Shown here: piece after piece, positions 31,221 through 44,327 of the stretch
Layout of the letters: each line of letters begins with the position of its first letter
Position numbering within the stretch: the first letter of the stretch is position 1
Origin: a bacterium
GTDB lineage: Bacteria; JAHJDO01
Assembly: GCA_043824255.1 (NCBI GenBank)
Contig: JBDRTG010000029.1
Location: 1-64,000 of the forward strand
Direction: 5' to 3'
DNA length: 64,000 bases
Made by a program: the position numbers and the translations under genes
Notes under the pieces: model-generated
Told to the model about the DNA's origin: nothing
The model's input: the letters and a program-made list of their open reading frames with translations, nothing else
Database searches by the model: none

Positions 31221-32009
31221 GTGAACAAGTCGATAGGTATATTTGATTCTGGTGTTGGCGGATTAACTATTATGAAGGAGATTATCAAAATACTGCCTGA
31301 TGAAGATATTGCTTATTTCGGAGATACTGCAAGAGTTCCATATGGCACAAAGTCCAGAGAAACCATTCTGCAATTCGCCATTGAAGATATACTTTTTCTG
31401 TTAGGACTTGAGGTAAAACTAATTGTTATTGCGTGCAACACAGTTTCAAGTACAAGTCTTGATATAATAGATAGATATTTTAGGATACCGATAATAGGCG
31501 TAATTGAATCTGCTGTGCGCAGGGCAGTTAAAGCCACACAAAAAAGCATAGGTATAATAGGTACAAGGGCAACCATAAAGAGTAATACATATAATAAGAA
31601 GATAAGAGAACTGGGCAGTAATATAAAAGTACAGGGGATATCGTGCCCACTCTTTGTGCCGTTCGCTGAAGAAGGAATATACAAAGGCAAAGCAATAGAA
31701 GACGTTGCAGAAAAATATCTAAGGCCTTTTAGAAATAAGATTGATGTATTGATTCTGGGGTGTACTCATTATCCACTTCTAAAAGAAACTATAGGCAGTA
31801 TTGTGGGAGATAGTATTCAGTTAATAGATTCTGCGGAAGAGGTTGCAAAAGATGTAAAGAATACACTGAGCAGATTAAAAATTCTACGCCATGGCAAAAG
31901 AAAGGCTCGTCACAGCTTCTTTGTTACTGACGAGCCAAAAAGATTTAGGCAACTTGGAAAGCGTTTTCTGGGAAGAAATATTGGTAAAGTGGAGAATGTC
32001 AGTATTTAA
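31221..32009 (+). CDS. murI: Glutamate racemase
   Basis: FDSGVGGL, ACNT, GCTHYP. Confidence 0.95.
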   Translation: MNKSIGIFDSGVGGLTIMKEIIKILPDEDIAYFGDTARVPYGTKSRETILQFAIEDILFLLGLEVKLIVIACNTVSSTSLDIIDRYFRIPIIGVIESAVRRAVKATQKSIGIIGTRATIKSNTYNKKIRELGSNIKVQGISCPLFVPFAEEGIYKGKAIEDVAEKYLRPFRNKIDVLILGCTHYPLLKETIGSIVGDSIQLIDSAEEVAKDVKNTLSRLKILRHGKRKARHSFFVTDEPKRFRQLGKRFLGRNIGKVENVSI

Positions 32010-32028
32010 TGATGGATAAGGATTAATC

Positions 32029-35000
32029 ATGCCGAAAAGAGAGGACATTTATAAGATATTGATAATAGGCTCAGGCCCTATAATTATAAGTCAGGCTTGT
32101 GAATTTGATTATTCTGGAACACAGGCTTGTAAGGCGCTTAGGGAAGAAGGATTTAAAGTCGTACTTCTTAATTCCAATCCGGCAACAATAATGACTGATC
32201 CTGAATTAGCTGATGCTACCTATATAGAACCTGTAACAGCGGATGTTCTGGAAAAAATTATTGAGAAAGAGAGACCTGACGCTTTGCTTCCAACATTAGG
32301 AGGACAGACCGGTCTGAATACGGCAATGCAGATATCTGAGGCAGGTATTCTGAGTAAGTATAACGTAAAAATGATAGGCGCTAATTATGAAGCAATAAAG
32401 AAGGCTGAGAATAGAGAAGACTTCAAGAATGCAATGCAGAAGATAGGCTTGGACTTGCCTCAAAGCGCGCTGGCTCATAGTATGGACGAGGCAAGAGATA
32501 TACTTAAGAAGATCGCTCTTCCTGTTATTATCAGGCCAAGTTTCACTCTTGGCGGAACAGGCGGAGGCATAGCGGAAACAAGAGAAGATTTTGAAAGGAT
32601 AGTGACTCGGGGACTAAAAAACAGCATGACTAATGAGGTTCTTATTGAAGAGTCAATTGTTGGATGGAAGGAATATGAGCTTGAGGTTATGAGGGATGTA
32701 AAAGATAATGTGGTAATTGTCTGTTCAATAGAGAATTTTGACCCAATGGGCATTCATACAGGAGACTCCATAACAGTAGCGCCTGCGCAGACTTTAACAG
32801 ACAAAGAGTATCAGGTAATGAGAGATGCTGCTATCGCAATAATAAGAGAGATTGGAGTTGAAACAGGCGGATCAAATATCCAGTTTGCTGTGAATCCGAA
32901 AGACGGCAGAATGGTTGTCATAGAGATGAATCCAAGGGTGTCAAGAAGTTCTGCGCTTGCAAGTAAGGCAACAGGTTTTCCTATTGCAAAATTTGCTGCA
33001 AAACTTGCAGTAGGATATACACTTGATGAGATAAGAAACGATATTACAAAAGAGACCCCTGCGTCCTTTGAGCCGACAATAGACTATTGTGTGGTTAAAA
33101 TCCCGAGATTTACTTTTGAAAAGTTTCCGGAAAGCGAGGATATTCTTGGCATATCTATGAAGTCAGTAGGCGAGACCATGGCGATAGGCAGAACATTCAA
33201 AGAAGCGCTTCAAAAGGGATTGCGTGGTCTAGAGATAGAACATACCGGACTGGATAACAAGCAGGATTATAATGAGGTTTCAAACGAGAAACTTTTGCTA
33301 AGATTGAAGAAACCGAACGCTTCAAGAATATTCTATATCAAGTACGCATTACAAAAAGGTATGAGTGTTGAGGAGATTTCGGAAATTACCGGAATAGATC
33401 CGTGGTTTGTAAGCAATATAAATGACATTGTAGAACTTGAAAAGGAGATTATAGAAGATAGCCACAAAGAAAATCTATCAACTGATTTATTGCTTAAAGC
33501 TAAACAGTATGGATTCAGTGATAAACAAATTGCAGATTTGACTGATTCAAGTGAGTTATCTGTTAGGGATTTTAGAAAGCAGAATGGCATAAAAGCTGTT
33601 TTTAAACTGGTAGATACGTGCGCTGCAGAGTTTGAAGCATATACGCCTTATTACTATTCAACTTATGAAACAGAAGATGAATGCAGAACTTCCAAAAAGA
33701 AAAAAATAATGATATTAGGCGGCGGGCCTAATAGAATAGGTCAAGGAATAGAGTTTGACTATTGCTGTTGTCACGCATCATTTGCGCTCAAAGAATTAGG
33801 CTACGAAACCATTATGGTGAATTCAAATCCAGAAACCGTATCTACCGATTATGATACTTCTGATAAATTATACTTTGAGCCTTTAACGTTTGAGGACGTT
33901 ATGAACATAATAGACAAAGAAAAACCTGACGGCGTTATAGTGCAATTTGGCGGACAAACACCCTTAAATCTGGCGCATCAGCTGGAGAACGCAGGAGCGT
34001 ATATTATTGGAACATCTGTAAAAGCGATTGACAGAGCAGAGAATAGAGAAAAATTTTCACAGCTGATAAAAAAGCTCGGTATCAATCAGCCAGAAAATGG
34101 ATCTGCCAACTCAAGAGAAGAAGCAAGAAAAATCGCAAGGAGAATTGGATATCCAATTCTTGTAAGACCTTCATATGTTTTGGGCGGCAGAGCAATGAAA
34201 ATAGTATATGATGAGCGTTCATTGGACAGATTTATGAAAAACGCAAAGGATGTATCCAGAGAACACCCTGTGCTAATAGATAAATTTCTTGAAGACGCTG
34301 TAGAGGTGGATGTGGATGCTGTCTCAGACGGAGATTTAACAGTAATAGGCGGCATTATGGAGCATATTGAAGAAGCAGGAGTCCATTCAGGAGATTCTGC
34401 ATGTGTTCTGCCGCCGCATACACTAAGTGATAATATTCTTAATACAATAAGAAAATACACATACGAACTATCAAAAGAATTAGAAGTTCAGGGTCTATTA
34501 AATATACAGTTTGCTGTAAAAGGCGATACTGTGTATGTGCTAGAAGTCAATCCCAGAGCGTCAAGAACAGTGCCTTTTGTCAGTAAGTCTACAGGTGTAC
34601 CTCTTGCAAAGATAGCAGCTAAGATAATGACCGGTAAAAAACTGCGCGAGCTTGGATTTACAGAAGAAAAGGTCGTAGAACATATTTCGGTCAAGGAGTC
34701 GGTTCTGCCTTTTTCAAGGTTTTCCGGAGTGGATATTGTTCTTGGTCCTGAAATGAAATCTACCGGCGAGGTAATGGGAATAGATTCCTCTTTTGGCATA
34801 GCATTCTATAAGGCTCAGACTGCGGCTGGCTCTCCTTTGCCAAAAAAGGGAAAGGTATTTATAAGCGTTAAAAATGATGATAAAAGAAATATAGTGTTTA
34901 TTGCTAAGAAACTTTGTGATCTGGGATTTAAATTAATAGCAACAAGCGGCACTTCAAAGGTTCTGAGATCCAATAACATGCAAATAGAGACAGTAGAGAA

Positions 35001-35244
35001 AATAGGAGAAGGAAGCAATAGAATATTGGAACTTGTTAAAAAAGAAGAGATTAAACTTATTATAAATACTCCTTCTGGCCAGGCAGGACAATCTGATATG
35101 CGAACTATAAGAAACTCCGCTGTTATGCATTGTGTACCCTGCATAACCACAATACAAGGAGCGCAGGCAGCTGTGAACGGTATGGAGTCGGTGCTAAAAG
35201 ATGAATTTTCGCTTAAGTCCATACAGGAATATATAAGGCAATAA
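32029..35244 (+). CDS. carB: Carbamoyl-phosphate synthase large subunit
   Basis: MPKR..., [10 protein letters not shown], duplicated ATP-grasp, MGS domain. Confidence 0.97.
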   Translation: MPKREDIYKILIIGSGPIIISQACEFDYSGTQACKALREEGFKVVLLNSNPATIMTDPELADATYIEPVTADVLEKIIEKERPDALLPTLGGQTGLNTAMQISEAGILSKYNVKMIGANYEAIKKAENREDFKNAMQKIGLDLPQSALAHSMDEARDILKKIALPVIIRPSFTLGGTGGGIAETREDFERIVTRGLKNSMTNEVLIEESIVGWKEYELEVMRDVKDNVVIVCSIENFDPMGIHTGDSITVAPAQTLTDKEYQVMRDAAIAIIREIGVETGGSNIQFAVNPKDGRMVVIEMNPRVSRSSALASKATGFPIAKFAAKLAVGYTLDEIRNDITKETPASFEPTIDYCVVKIPRFTFEKFPESEDILGISMKSVGETMAIGRTFKEALQKGLRGLEIEHTGLDNKQDYNEVSNEKLLLRLKKPNASRIFYIKYALQKGMSVEEISEITGIDPWFVSNINDIVELEKEIIEDSHKENLSTDLLLKAKQYGFSDKQIADLTDSSELSVRDFRKQNGIKAVFKLVDTCAAEFEAYTPYYYSTYETEDECRTSKKKKIMILGGGPNRIGQGIEFDYCCCHASFALKELGYETIMVNSNPETVSTDYDTSDKLYFEPLTFEDVMNIIDKEKPDGVIVQFGGQTPLNLAHQLENAGAYIIGTSVKAIDRAENREKFSQLIKKLGINQPENGSANSREEARKIARRIGYPILVRPSYVLGGRAMKIVYDERSLDRFMKNAKDVSREHPVLIDKFLEDAVEVDVDAVSDGDLTVIGGIMEHIEEAGVHSGDSACVLPPHTLSDNILNTIRKYTYELSKELEVQGLLNIQFAVKGDTVYVLEVNPRASRTVPFVSKSTGVPLAKIAAKIMTGKKLRELGFTEEKVVEHISVKESVLPFSRFSGVDIVLGPEMKSTGEVMGIDSSFGIAFYKAQTAAGSPLPKKGKVFISVKNDDKRNIVFIAKKLCDLGFKLIATSGTSKVLRSNNMQIETVEKIGEGSNRILELVKKEEIKLIINTPSGQAGQSDMRTIRNSAVMHCVPCITTIQGAQAAVNGMESVLKDEFSLKSIQEYIRQ

Positions 35245-35245
35245 G

Positions 35246-36622
35246 ATGTGCGGAATATTTGGTATTTACGGACATAAAGACGCTGCAAGGCTTGCTTATC
35301 TGGGACTTTACGCGCTTCAGCATCGCGGAGAAGAAAGCGCGGGAATTATTGCGTATAATGGGAAGAGAATTAGTAGTTATAAAGGCATGGGGCTTGTTGG
35401 CGATGTGTTTGGCGAAGAGAATATAAAGACATTAAAGGGGCATTTAGCTATTGGTCATAATCGCTATTCAACAACCGGCTCAAGCACTGTAAAGAATATT
35501 CAGCCTTTTTTAGCTAATTTTAAAAAAGCTCCTCTTGCTGTTGCTCATAATGGAGATTTTACTAATACCGCCAATTTGCACGAACAGCTTGAAAAAGACG
35601 GGTCCATATTTCAAACCACTATGGATTCTGAGATCGTAGTGCATCTTTTGGCAAGATCCAAACGAAGTAATTATAAAGATGCTGTTGTGCATACACTCAG
35701 TAAAATAAAAGGTTCTTATTCATTAGCCTTGATGATGGGAGATGTTTTGATTGGCGCAAGAGACCCTTTCGGATTTAAACCTTTATGTCTAGGAAAACTT
35801 AATGGCGCTTATGTTTTGGCAAGTGAGACATGCGCTCTGGATTTAATTCAGGCAAAATATATCAGGGAAATTGAACCAGGAGAGATTGTATTTATTGATA
35901 AAAATGGTCTGAAATCAGTAAAGCCATTTCCCGAGACTAAACACGCTTTATGTATATTTGAATATATCTATTTTGCAAGGCCGGATAGTAATATATTTAG
36001 TAAAAATGTGTATCTAACACGCAAGCAGCTTGGAAAACAACTCGCTCAAGAACATCCGGTAGACTGTGATCTGGTCATGCCTATTCCGGACTCAGGAAAT
36101 TACGCTGCAGTAGGCTTTGCAGAAGAATCTAAGATTCCCTATGAAATAGGTATCATAAGAAACCATTATATTGGAAGAACCTTTATTCAGCCTTCACAGT
36201 TTATCAGAGATTTTAAAGTAAAAATAAAACTTAATCCTATAAGAGATGTTATTAATGGTAAGCGTATAGTTATTATAGAGGATTCCATTGTTAGAGGCAC
36301 AACCAGTCGAACTAGGGTAAAGACATTGAGGGAAGCAGGAGCCAAAGAAGTTCATATGCGCGTCAGCTGTCCTCCTATAAGATTTCCCTGTTTCTATGGA
36401 ATTGACTTCCCAACCAAAAAAGAATTAATCGCTTCAAGCCACAGCGTTGAGTGGACAAGAGACTTTCTTGGATTAGATAGTTTAAGATATTTAAGCCTTG
36501 AAGGAATGCTAAAGTCAATGTTATTACCTGAGGAAGAGTTTTGCACAGCCTGTTTTAATGGAACATACCCTGTTAAACCTGCTAAAAAATTATCCAAAAG
36601 CATATTGGAGAAAGGAAACTAG
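35246..36622 (+). CDS. purF: Amidophosphoribosyltransferase
   Basis: MCGIFG, QHRG, DSIVRGTT, CTACF. Confidence 0.97.
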   Translation: MCGIFGIYGHKDAARLAYLGLYALQHRGEESAGIIAYNGKRISSYKGMGLVGDVFGEENIKTLKGHLAIGHNRYSTTGSSTVKNIQPFLANFKKAPLAVAHNGDFTNTANLHEQLEKDGSIFQTTMDSEIVVHLLARSKRSNYKDAVVHTLSKIKGSYSLALMMGDVLIGARDPFGFKPLCLGKLNGAYVLASETCALDLIQAKYIREIEPGEIVFIDKNGLKSVKPFPETKHALCIFEYIYFARPDSNIFSKNVYLTRKQLGKQLAQEHPVDCDLVMPIPDSGNYAAVGFAEESKIPYEIGIIRNHYIGRTFIQPSQFIRDFKVKIKLNPIRDVINGKRIVIIEDSIVRGTTSRTRVKTLREAGAKEVHMRVSCPPIRFPCFYGIDFPTKKELIASSHSVEWTRDFLGLDSLRYLSLEGMLKSMLLPEEEFCTACFNGTYPVKPAKKLSKSILEKGN

Positions 36623-38236
36623 GTGACTAAGTATATTTTTGTAACAGGCGGTGTTATATCAAGCCTTGGAAAGGGAATTGCATCTGCTGCTATAGGAAAA
36701 CTTCTCGAATCAAGGGGATTAATTATCTCCATGATAAAATGTGACCCATACATAAATGTGGATCCCGGCACTATGAATCCGTATCAGCACGGCGAAGTTT
36801 ATGTCACGGAAGACGGTACAGAAACTGATCTGGATCTAGGACACTATGAAAGGTTTACTCATGCTGTAATGGGCGCAGAAAATAATATAACAACAGGGAA
36901 AATATACAACTCTGTTATTTCAAAGGAAAGAAAGGGCTCTTATCTTGGGAAAACAATTCAAGTTATTCCTCATATTACAGACGAGATAAAAAACTGTATT
37001 AAAAAAGTATCAAAAAAGAAAAAGGTTGATGTTGTGATAGTTGAAATAGGAGGAACGGTCGGTGACATTGAAAGCCTTCCTTTTCTTGAAGCAATAAGAC
37101 AATTTACCTTTGAGAAAGGCCGTAACAATGCAATCAATATTCATGTAACATTGGTTCCATATATAAAAAGCGCGGATGAAATTAAAACAAAGCCTACACA
37201 GCACAGTGTAGGGAAGCTAAGAGAAATCGGTATTATTCCTGATATTCTGTTATGCAGGTCGGAGTTTCCTCTCTCAAAAGAGATAAAGTCTAAGATCGCT
37301 CTTTTCTGCAATGTGGAAGAAAAAGCAGTCATTCAGGCATTAGATGTTCAAAGCATATATGAGGTTCCAGTAGCTTTCAAACATGAGAATCTGGATAAGC
37401 TTATTATTGACAAACTTAAGCTAAAATGCGCTAAAAGGGACTTGAAAAACTGGACAAAACAAGTTGTAGATAAGATAAAAAATCCGAAAAGCACTATTGA
37501 AATTGCTGTTGTAGGGAAATATATAGAACTACAGGATGCTTACAAATCAATATACGAAGCACTGCTCCATGGAGGAATTGCTAATAATGTTAAATTGAAT
37601 ATAAAAAAAGTAGACTCCGAATACATTTCTAAGCACTGTGCAGAAAAGTATTTAAAAGGTATAGCGGGAGTACTTGTCCCTGGAGGATTCGGCGGCAGAG
37701 GAATTGAAGGCAAAATTCTGGTAGCCAAATACGCAAGAGAGAATAAAATCCCCTTCTTAGGCATATGTCTTGGTATGCAGATAGCAGTGATTGAATTTGC
37801 CCGGAATGTTTGCAGCTTAAAAGAAGCAAACTCTACCGAATTCAGCAAAAAGACACCTCATCCTGTAATCTCTCTTTTAGATGAACAGAAGAAGATAAAA
37901 GTTAAAGGCGGAACAATGCGTCTGGGTAAGTATTCATGTAATCTAAAAAAAGGAACAAAAAGTGTTAAAGCCTATAAAGAAGAAGAGATTTCAGAACGGC
38001 ACAGACACAGATATGAATTTAACAATAAGTACATGGGAATGATGGAGAAAAATGGCCTTGTAATTGCAGGAGTTCATAAAAAAGGCAATCTTGTAGAACT
38101 GATTGAGATAACTGACCATCCATGGTTCATCGGCTGCCAATTTCATCCGGAATTTAAATCAAAGCCCGATAAAGCCCATCCGCTTTTTAGAGAATTTGTG
38201 AGAGCATGCTTAGCTCTGAGAAAGGTGACTAAATGA
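36623..38236 (+). CDS. pyrG: CTP synthase
   Basis: [30 protein letters not shown]. Confidence 0.97.
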   Translation: MTKYIFVTGGVISSLGKGIASAAIGKLLESRGLIISMIKCDPYINVDPGTMNPYQHGEVYVTEDGTETDLDLGHYERFTHAVMGAENNITTGKIYNSVISKERKGSYLGKTIQVIPHITDEIKNCIKKVSKKKKVDVVIVEIGGTVGDIESLPFLEAIRQFTFEKGRNNAINIHVTLVPYIKSADEIKTKPTQHSVGKLREIGIIPDILLCRSEFPLSKEIKSKIALFCNVEEKAVIQALDVQSIYEVPVAFKHENLDKLIIDKLKLKCAKRDLKNWTKQVVDKIKNPKSTIEIAVVGKYIELQDAYKSIYEALLHGGIANNVKLNIKKVDSEYISKHCAEKYLKGIAGVLVPGGFGGRGIEGKILVAKYARENKIPFLGICLGMQIAVIEFARNVCSLKEANSTEFSKKTPHPVISLLDEQKKIKVKGGTMRLGKYSCNLKKGTKSVKAYKEEEISERHRHRYEFNNKYMGMMEKNGLVIAGVHKKGNLVELIEITDHPWFIGCQFHPEFKSKPDKAHPLFREFVRACLALRKVTK

Positions 38237-39771
38237 ATAAAGACTGGGTAGCTATTTTAGACTTTGGATCGCAATATACACATCTCATTGCGCGGCGTGT
38301 AAGAGAATGCGGTGTGTATTCAGAGATAATCTCCTATGATACTAATGCCCGTGAACTATACAGTAATAAGCCGACTTGTATTGTACTATCTGGAGGGCCA
38401 GCCAGCGTTATTGGAAAAGATAGTCCAGTGTGTGATAAGAATATTTTTAATATTGGATTGCCAGTACTTGGGATATGTTATGGTGCGCAGCTCATGGCAA
38501 AAATGCTTGGCGGTAAAGTTCTTGCTGCAAAAGCAAGGGAGTACGGAAAGGCGGTTCTTAATGTTAAATTCAGAGAGACTTTATTTAAGAACTTGTCTCT
38601 AAAAGAACAGGTTTGGATGAGTCATGGAGACAAAATCACGCAGCTTCCTCAAGGCTTCAGGATAATTGGTGCGACTGACAATTCACAGATTGCAGCAATG
38701 GAAAATAAACATAAGAAGTTTTATGGAATTCAGTTTCATCCTGAAGTGGTACATACACCGAAAGGTAAGACAATCATTAAAAATTTTCTTACTGAAATAG
38801 CAGGTTGCAAGCCGGAATGGAATATGAAGTTATTTGTGGATAATGCAGTTCGGGAGCTAAGGAAGAAGATAGGCAGAGAGAAAGTTTTATGCGCAGTAAG
38901 CGGGGGTGTGGATTCTTCTGTTCTGGCTGTGCTTCTTAATAGAGCCATAGGAAAGAATTTAACAGCTGTTTTCGTTGATAATGGATTGCTCCGCAAAAAA
39001 GAGGCAGAGCTTGTAGAAAGCAGACTTAAAGGGTTTGGTATCAATTTGAAGAAAATCAGTGCTCAGTCTGAGTTTTTGAACGCACTTAAAGGTATAACGG
39101 ATCCTGAGAAGAAAAGAAAGATAATAGGCGGGCTTTTTATAGATATTTTTGAAAAAGAGGCAAGGAAATTAGGCAAAATTAAATTTCTTGCTCAAGGCAC
39201 ATTATATCCTGATGTTATTGAAAGCAGGTCTCCAGTAGGGGGTCCGTCTGCAACTATTAAAACACATCATAATGTAGGAGGGCTGCCTGAAAAATTAAGG
39301 TTTAAACTAATAGAGCCGTTAAAAGAGCTTTTCAAGGATGAAGTAAGGCTTGTCGGAGAAGAATTGGGGCTTCCGGATGAGTTAATTAGAAGACAGCCTT
39401 TTCCGGGTCCGGGACTTGCAGTGAGGATTTTGGGTGATGTAACTAAAAAGAAGCTTGATGTTCTGCGTGATGCAGATTGGATCTTGATGGATGAGATCAA
39501 GAAGTTTGATATGTATCACAATCTTTGGCAATCATTCTGTGTTTTATTGCCTATCAAAACGGTTGGTGTTATGGGAGATGAGAGAACGTATGAGAATGTT
39601 ATTGCAGTAAGAGCGGTTACAAGTGAAGATGCTATGACGGCGAACTGGGCAAGACTGCCGTATGAACTACTTGAGCGGATATCCAATAGAATAATAAACG
39701 AAGTAAAAGGCATAAATCGCGTGGTGTATGATGTTTCGTCAAAGCCGCCAAGTACAATAGAATGGGAATAA
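38233..39771 (+). CDS. guaA: GMP synthase
   Basis: [30 protein letters not shown]. Confidence 0.97.
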   Translation: MNKDWVAILDFGSQYTHLIARRVRECGVYSEIISYDTNARELYSNKPTCIVLSGGPASVIGKDSPVCDKNIFNIGLPVLGICYGAQLMAKMLGGKVLAAKAREYGKAVLNVKFRETLFKNLSLKEQVWMSHGDKITQLPQGFRIIGATDNSQIAAMENKHKKFYGIQFHPEVVHTPKGKTIIKNFLTEIAGCKPEWNMKLFVDNAVRELRKKIGREKVLCAVSGGVDSSVLAVLLNRAIGKNLTAVFVDNGLLRKKEAELVESRLKGFGINLKKISAQSEFLNALKGITDPEKKRKIIGGLFIDIFEKEARKLGKIKFLAQGTLYPDVIESRSPVGGPSATIKTHHNVGGLPEKLRFKLIEPLKELFKDEVRLVGEELGLPDELIRRQPFPGPGLAVRILGDVTKKKLDVLRDADWILMDEIKKFDMYHNLWQSFCVLLPIKTVGVMGDERTYENVIAVRAVTSEDAMTANWARLPYELLERISNRIINEVKGINRVVYDVSSKPPSTIEWE

Positions 39772-39797
39772 AACAGACTGAGCAGAAAGGAATAAAC

Positions 39798-40052
39798 ATG
39801 TTAAGAGCAAAGGTATATATAAGTTTAAAGGAGACAGTTGTCGATCCACAAGGTTTGGCAGTAAAGAATGCGTTAGGGTCTCTTAATTATGAGCAGGAGA
39901 TAGAAGAGGTTAGAGTTGGTAAACTGATAGATATTAAATTGAATATATCTAATAAGGAAAGAGCAGAGCAAATAATTGACCAGATGTGCAAGAAACTTCT
40001 TTCTAATCCTGTTATTGAAGACTATAGCTTTACTTTAGAAGAAGCAGAATAA
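39798..40052 (+). CDS. purS: FGAM synthase subunit PurS
   Basis: [14 protein letters not shown]. Confidence 0.93.
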   Translation: MLRAKVYISLKETVVDPQGLAVKNALGSLNYEQEIEEVRVGKLIDIKLNISNKERAEQIIDQMCKKLLSNPVIEDYSFTLEEAE

Positions 40053-40069
40053 TAAAAGGAATAAAATTC

Positions 40070-40732
40070 ATGAGATTCGGAGTTGTTGTGTTTCCAGGCT
40101 CTAATTGTGATCACGACTGCTTTTATGTCCTTAGTAACGTACTAAAGCAAGATGTTAATTATATCTGGCATAAAGACACAGAAGTAGGGAATGTAGATTG
40201 CATTGTTCTGCCCGGTGGATTTAGTTATGGGGATTATCTGAGAACGGGCGCAATTGCGCGTTTCTCTCCAATAATGCAAAGTATTATTGACTTTGCTAAT
40301 AAAGGGGGACTTGTTATTGGTATATGCAATGGTTTTCAAATACTTCTTGAAACAGGACTTCTACCCGGAGCAATGTTGCGCAATGAAAATTTGCACTTTA
40401 TTTGCAAACATGTTCATATAAAACTATTGAATAACAACACTCCATTTACAAATCTGTATAAGAAGGACGAAGTCCTGAAAATACCAATTGCTCATAACGA
40501 AGGGAATTACTATATTGACGAAAAAGGGTTGAAAACCCTCAAAGAGAACAATCAGATCGTATTTAAGTATTGTACAAATCCTAATGGAGCAGTGGATAAC
40601 ATAGCAGGTATTGTGAACAAAGAAGGAAACGTGCTTGGCATGATGCCTCATCCTGAAAGAAGTTCAGAAAAAGAACTCGGCTCTGAAGATGGGATTTTTA
40701 TATTTAAATCAATAGCTGAGTGGGTAAAATAA
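40070..40732 (+). CDS. purQ: FGAM synthase glutaminase subunit
   Basis: [29 protein letters not shown]. Confidence 0.96.
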   Translation: MRFGVVVFPGSNCDHDCFYVLSNVLKQDVNYIWHKDTEVGNVDCIVLPGGFSYGDYLRTGAIARFSPIMQSIIDFANKGGLVIGICNGFQILLETGLLPGAMLRNENLHFICKHVHIKLLNNNTPFTNLYKKDEVLKIPIAHNEGNYYIDEKGLKTLKENNQIVFKYCTNPNGAVDNIAGIVNKEGNVLGMMPHPERSSEKELGSEDGIFIFKSIAEWVK

Positions 40733-40733
40733 T

Positions 40734-42947
40734 ATGATTACTCCTGAAATATACAAATCTCTGGGTTTGACTGACAAAGAATATCAGAAGATGTTGAGCC
40801 TTTTAGAGAGAGAGCCTACAGTTACAGAGCTTGCAATGTTTTCTGCAGAATGGTCAGAGCATTGCGGGTATGTAAGTTCTCGCAATCTGCTTAAAATTCT
40901 GCCTAAAACAGGAAAATACGAAACCCTGGTAGGTGAGGATTCCGGAGGGATCATTGTTGATGATCTTGCCATTATTTTTAAGATGGAAAGTCATAATCAC
41001 CCTTCACAGGTTGAGCCAAAGCAAGGGTCTGCTACAGGAGTGGGAGGAATTATAAGAGATATATTTACTGCCGGCGCAAGACCTATTGCAAGTTTAAATT
41101 CTCTGAGATTTGGGTCTCTTTCAGAAGCGTATAACAGATATCTTCTTCAGGGAGTAGTAGATGGCATACAGTTTTATGGAAACTGTTTAGGAGTACCTAC
41201 AGTTGGCGGAGAAATATATTTTGATGAGAGCTATAAGGGGAATTGTATTGTTAATGCAATGAGTATTGGAATAGCAGATAAGAATAAACTGGCAAGAGCG
41301 TGCGCTTTTGGAGAAGGCAACTCTATTATGTATGTTGGAGCCAGCACAGGAAGAGATGGTATCGGAGGATGCAGTGTTCTTGCCTCTCATGAATTCAAAG
41401 AGGGAGATACAAAGAGACCAACTGTGCAAATCGGAGATCCCTTTATGGAGAAATGCCTGATTGAGGCAACATTAGAGATTCTTTCTACAGGCTATGTTTT
41501 AGGAATTAAGGACATGGGCGCAGCAGGTCTTACATGCGCAGTCAGTGAAATGGCATCAGATGGAGAATCAGGAATTGATATGGAATTGTGCAATATTCCA
41601 CTTAGCGAAAAGAATATGGAGCCATGGGAGATAATGGTGTCTGAGTCACAGGAAAGAATGCTTGTGTGCGTTAAAGCAGGAAAAGAAAAGGCAATTAAGG
41701 ATATATTCTCTAATTGGGATTTAAATGCAGTAACTATTGGCAAAGTTACAAAAGATAAGATGATTCGTATTCGTGATAATGACAAAATATTAGTTGAGGT
41801 AAAAGCTGATATATTAACAAAAGCTCCTATCTATGACATGTCATATAAAAAACCGGAGTATATGGAAAAAATAAATAATTTGGATATAGGTGCTGTTCCT
41901 GAACCAGAGGATTACAATATTGTTTTGCTTAATCTTCTTCAAAGCCCATCAATTGCGAGCAAAGAATGGGTATACGAACAGTATGATCACATGGTGCAGC
42001 TAAATACTGTTGTCTTACCCGGTTCAGACGCAGCTGTAATTAGATTAAAGGGAACTAATAAAGCTATTGCAGCTACAACTGACTGTAATAGTCGTTACTG
42101 TTACTTAAACCCTTATAGAGGAGCTCAAATTGCAGTTGCAGAGGCAGCAAGAAATCTAATTTGTTCCGGAGCTGAGCCGGCATCTGTCACTGATTGTCTT
42201 AATTTTGGGAATCCTAAAAAACCAGATAGATATTGGCAGTTTAAAAATTGTGTGCAGGGCGTTACGGATGCCTGTAAATTTTTTGATATTTCAGTAGCGA
42301 GCGGGAATGTATCATTCTATAATGAAAATTCAAAAGGAGCGATTTATCCTACTCCTGCAATTGGCATGATAGGTATTATAGATGATATAAATAAAGTCTG
42401 TACTCAATACTTCAAAAATGAGGACGAACTGATTGTCCTTCTTGGAATTTCACGGGAAGAATTAGGAGGAAGCGAGTACCTGAAACTAATTCATGGATTA
42501 GTTAGAGGGGATGCTCCTGAACTGGATCTAAGAATAGAAAGATCCGTTCAGCTTACAACACTTGAGGCAATCAGAGAAAAACTTGTCAGTTCTGCTCATG
42601 ACCTCTCAGAAGGAGGGTTTGCAGTTTGTCTGGCAGAATGTTGTATGTCAAATAAAGAGAGGATGATAGGAGCTGTTATAAATAATTTAAATTTTGATAT
42701 TAGGACAGATGCCTTGCTGTTTGGAGAATCTCAGTCAAGAATTATACTCAGCTGCGAAGAGAAATCTCTCAATCGGATCAAAAAAATTGCCAAGAAGCAC
42801 AAAACAAGTTTACAGATAATTGGCAGCACAGGTGGAAACAGGTTTGTTATTTCAGATAATGGGAACAAGTTGATAGACGTATCACTAGAGAAATTACAAG
42901 ATGTATGGTCTAATGCGTTGGAGAGATATATTGATAGCAATAATTGA
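40734..42947 (+). CDS. purL: FGAM synthase large subunit
   Basis: WSEHC, ESHNHPS, SESQERM, CLNFGNP. Confidence 0.96.
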   Translation: MITPEIYKSLGLTDKEYQKMLSLLEREPTVTELAMFSAEWSEHCGYVSSRNLLKILPKTGKYETLVGEDSGGIIVDDLAIIFKMESHNHPSQVEPKQGSATGVGGIIRDIFTAGARPIASLNSLRFGSLSEAYNRYLLQGVVDGIQFYGNCLGVPTVGGEIYFDESYKGNCIVNAMSIGIADKNKLARACAFGEGNSIMYVGASTGRDGIGGCSVLASHEFKEGDTKRPTVQIGDPFMEKCLIEATLEILSTGYVLGIKDMGAAGLTCAVSEMASDGESGIDMELCNIPLSEKNMEPWEIMVSESQERMLVCVKAGKEKAIKDIFSNWDLNAVTIGKVTKDKMIRIRDNDKILVEVKADILTKAPIYDMSYKKPEYMEKINNLDIGAVPEPEDYNIVLLNLLQSPSIASKEWVYEQYDHMVQLNTVVLPGSDAAVIRLKGTNKAIAATTDCNSRYCYLNPYRGAQIAVAEAARNLICSGAEPASVTDCLNFGNPKKPDRYWQFKNCVQGVTDACKFFDISVASGNVSFYNENSKGAIYPTPAIGMIGIIDDINKVCTQYFKNEDELIVLLGISREELGGSEYLKLIHGLVRGDAPELDLRIERSVQLTTLEAIREKLVSSAHDLSEGGFAVCLAECCMSNKERMIGAVINNLNFDIRTDALLFGESQSRIILSCEEKSLNRIKKIAKKHKTSLQIIGSTGGNRFVISDNGNKLIDVSLEKLQDVWSNALERYIDSNN

Positions 42948-43542
42948 TTACGGATTAGGCAATTTGAGAAGCGTAAGTAAGGCTGTAGAGAAGTTAGGCG
43001 CAGAAGCAGAAGTTACTGATAATCCAAAAAGAATAGAAAAAGCAGATGGTATAATACTTCCCGGCGTAGGCGCATTTCATGTCGGCATGCAAAATCTTGA
43101 GAGATTAAATCTTCTGCCTGTTCTTCATGAAGCAATATCAAAAGAAACGCCTTTTCTGGGTATTTGCCTGGGATTTCAGATATTATTCAGTCAGAGTGAA
43201 GAGCATGGGATTTACAATGGTATGGACATAATCAAAGGGAAAGTAAAGAGATTTACTCATAAGTTAAAAATACCTCATATGGGCTGGAATCAGGTGGAAT
43301 TCAAAATTCAAAATTCAAAATTCAAAATTTTTGACGGGGTTCCTAACGATTCCTATTTTTACTTTGTTCATTCATATTATGCTGAGCCTGAAGACCTGAA
43401 TGTTATAATAGCTAAAACAGAATATGGACATGAATTTACTTCGGTCGTAAATAAAGGCAATGTTTGGGGCGTACAGTTTCATCCTGAGAAAAGTGGAGAT
43501 ATAGGACTTAAAATTTTGATGAATTTCTTATCATTATGTTAG
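42931..43542 (+). CDS. hisH: Imidazole glycerol phosphate synthase glutaminase subunit
   Basis: [24 protein letters not shown] start inferred. Confidence 0.95.
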   Translation: MIAIIDYGLGNLRSVSKAVEKLGAEAEVTDNPKRIEKADGIILPGVGAFHVGMQNLERLNLLPVLHEAISKETPFLGICLGFQILFSQSEEHGIYNGMDIIKGKVKRFTHKLKIPHMGWNQVEFKIQNSKFKIFDGVPNDSYFYFVHSYYAEPEDLNVIIAKTEYGHEFTSVVNKGNVWGVQFHPEKSGDIGLKILMNFLSLC

Positions 43543-44318
43543 CAAAAAGAATAATTCCATGCTTGGATGTAAAAGACGGAAGGGTTGTTAAGGGAATAAA
43601 TTTTCTAAATCTTGTGGATGCCGGAGATCCTGTAGAGATAGCCTCAAATTATTCTATGGAAAATGCTGATGAGATAGTTTTTTTGGACATTACCGCAAGT
43701 GTTGAAAAGCGTAGTATAATCTTGGATGTAGTAAAAAAAACAGCTGAAAAGGTTTTTATCCCTCTCACGGTTGGAGGAGGGATCAGAAGCATAGAAGATA
43801 TAAGACTGCTGCTTAAATCCGGAGCGGATAAGGTCTCACTGAATACAGCAGCTGTAGAGAATAAAGAGTTGATCAGGGAAGCATCTGAACAGTTCGGCAG
43901 TCAGTGCATTGTTGTGGCAATAGATGCCAAGAGAAAAATCCGAAATCCGAAATCCGAAATCCAAAATTTAAAGTGGGAGGTTTATACTTACGGCGGGAGA
44001 AAACCTGCGGGACTGGATGTAATACAATGGGCAGAAGAAGTTAGGGAACTAGGCGCAGGGGAGATTCTGCTTACCAGCATGGATTCTGATGGCACAAAGG
44101 ATGGGTATGATTTAGAATTAACAAAAATAGTTTCAGAAACGGTAAATATTCCTGTAATCGCATCTGGCGGAGCAGGTACTCTTTACCACATCTATCAAGT
44201 CCTATCAAAAGGCAAGGCTGACGCTGTTCTAGCAGCATCTATTTTTCATTATGGTGAATACTCAATTAAAGAGACAAAAAAATATCTAAAGGAAAGAGGG
44301 ATAGCGGTTCGGATATAA
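43536..44318 (+). CDS. hisF: Imidazole glycerol phosphate synthase cyclase subunit
   Basis: [24 protein letters not shown]. Confidence 0.96.
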   Translation: MLAKRIIPCLDVKDGRVVKGINFLNLVDAGDPVEIASNYSMENADEIVFLDITASVEKRSIILDVVKKTAEKVFIPLTVGGGIRSIEDIRLLLKSGADKVSLNTAAVENKELIREASEQFGSQCIVVAIDAKRKIRNPKSEIQNLKWEVYTYGGRKPAGLDVIQWAEEVRELGAGEILLTSMDSDGTKDGYDLELTKIVSETVNIPVIASGGAGTLYHIYQVLSKGKADAVLAASIFHYGEYSIKETKKYLKERGIAVRI

Positions 44319-44327
44319 AGGAACATT

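Noticed and set aside
44319..44327. glmS ribozyme or riboswitches within the superoperon
   Set aside because: Intergenic gaps (9 bp here, at most ~26 bp elsewhere) leave no room
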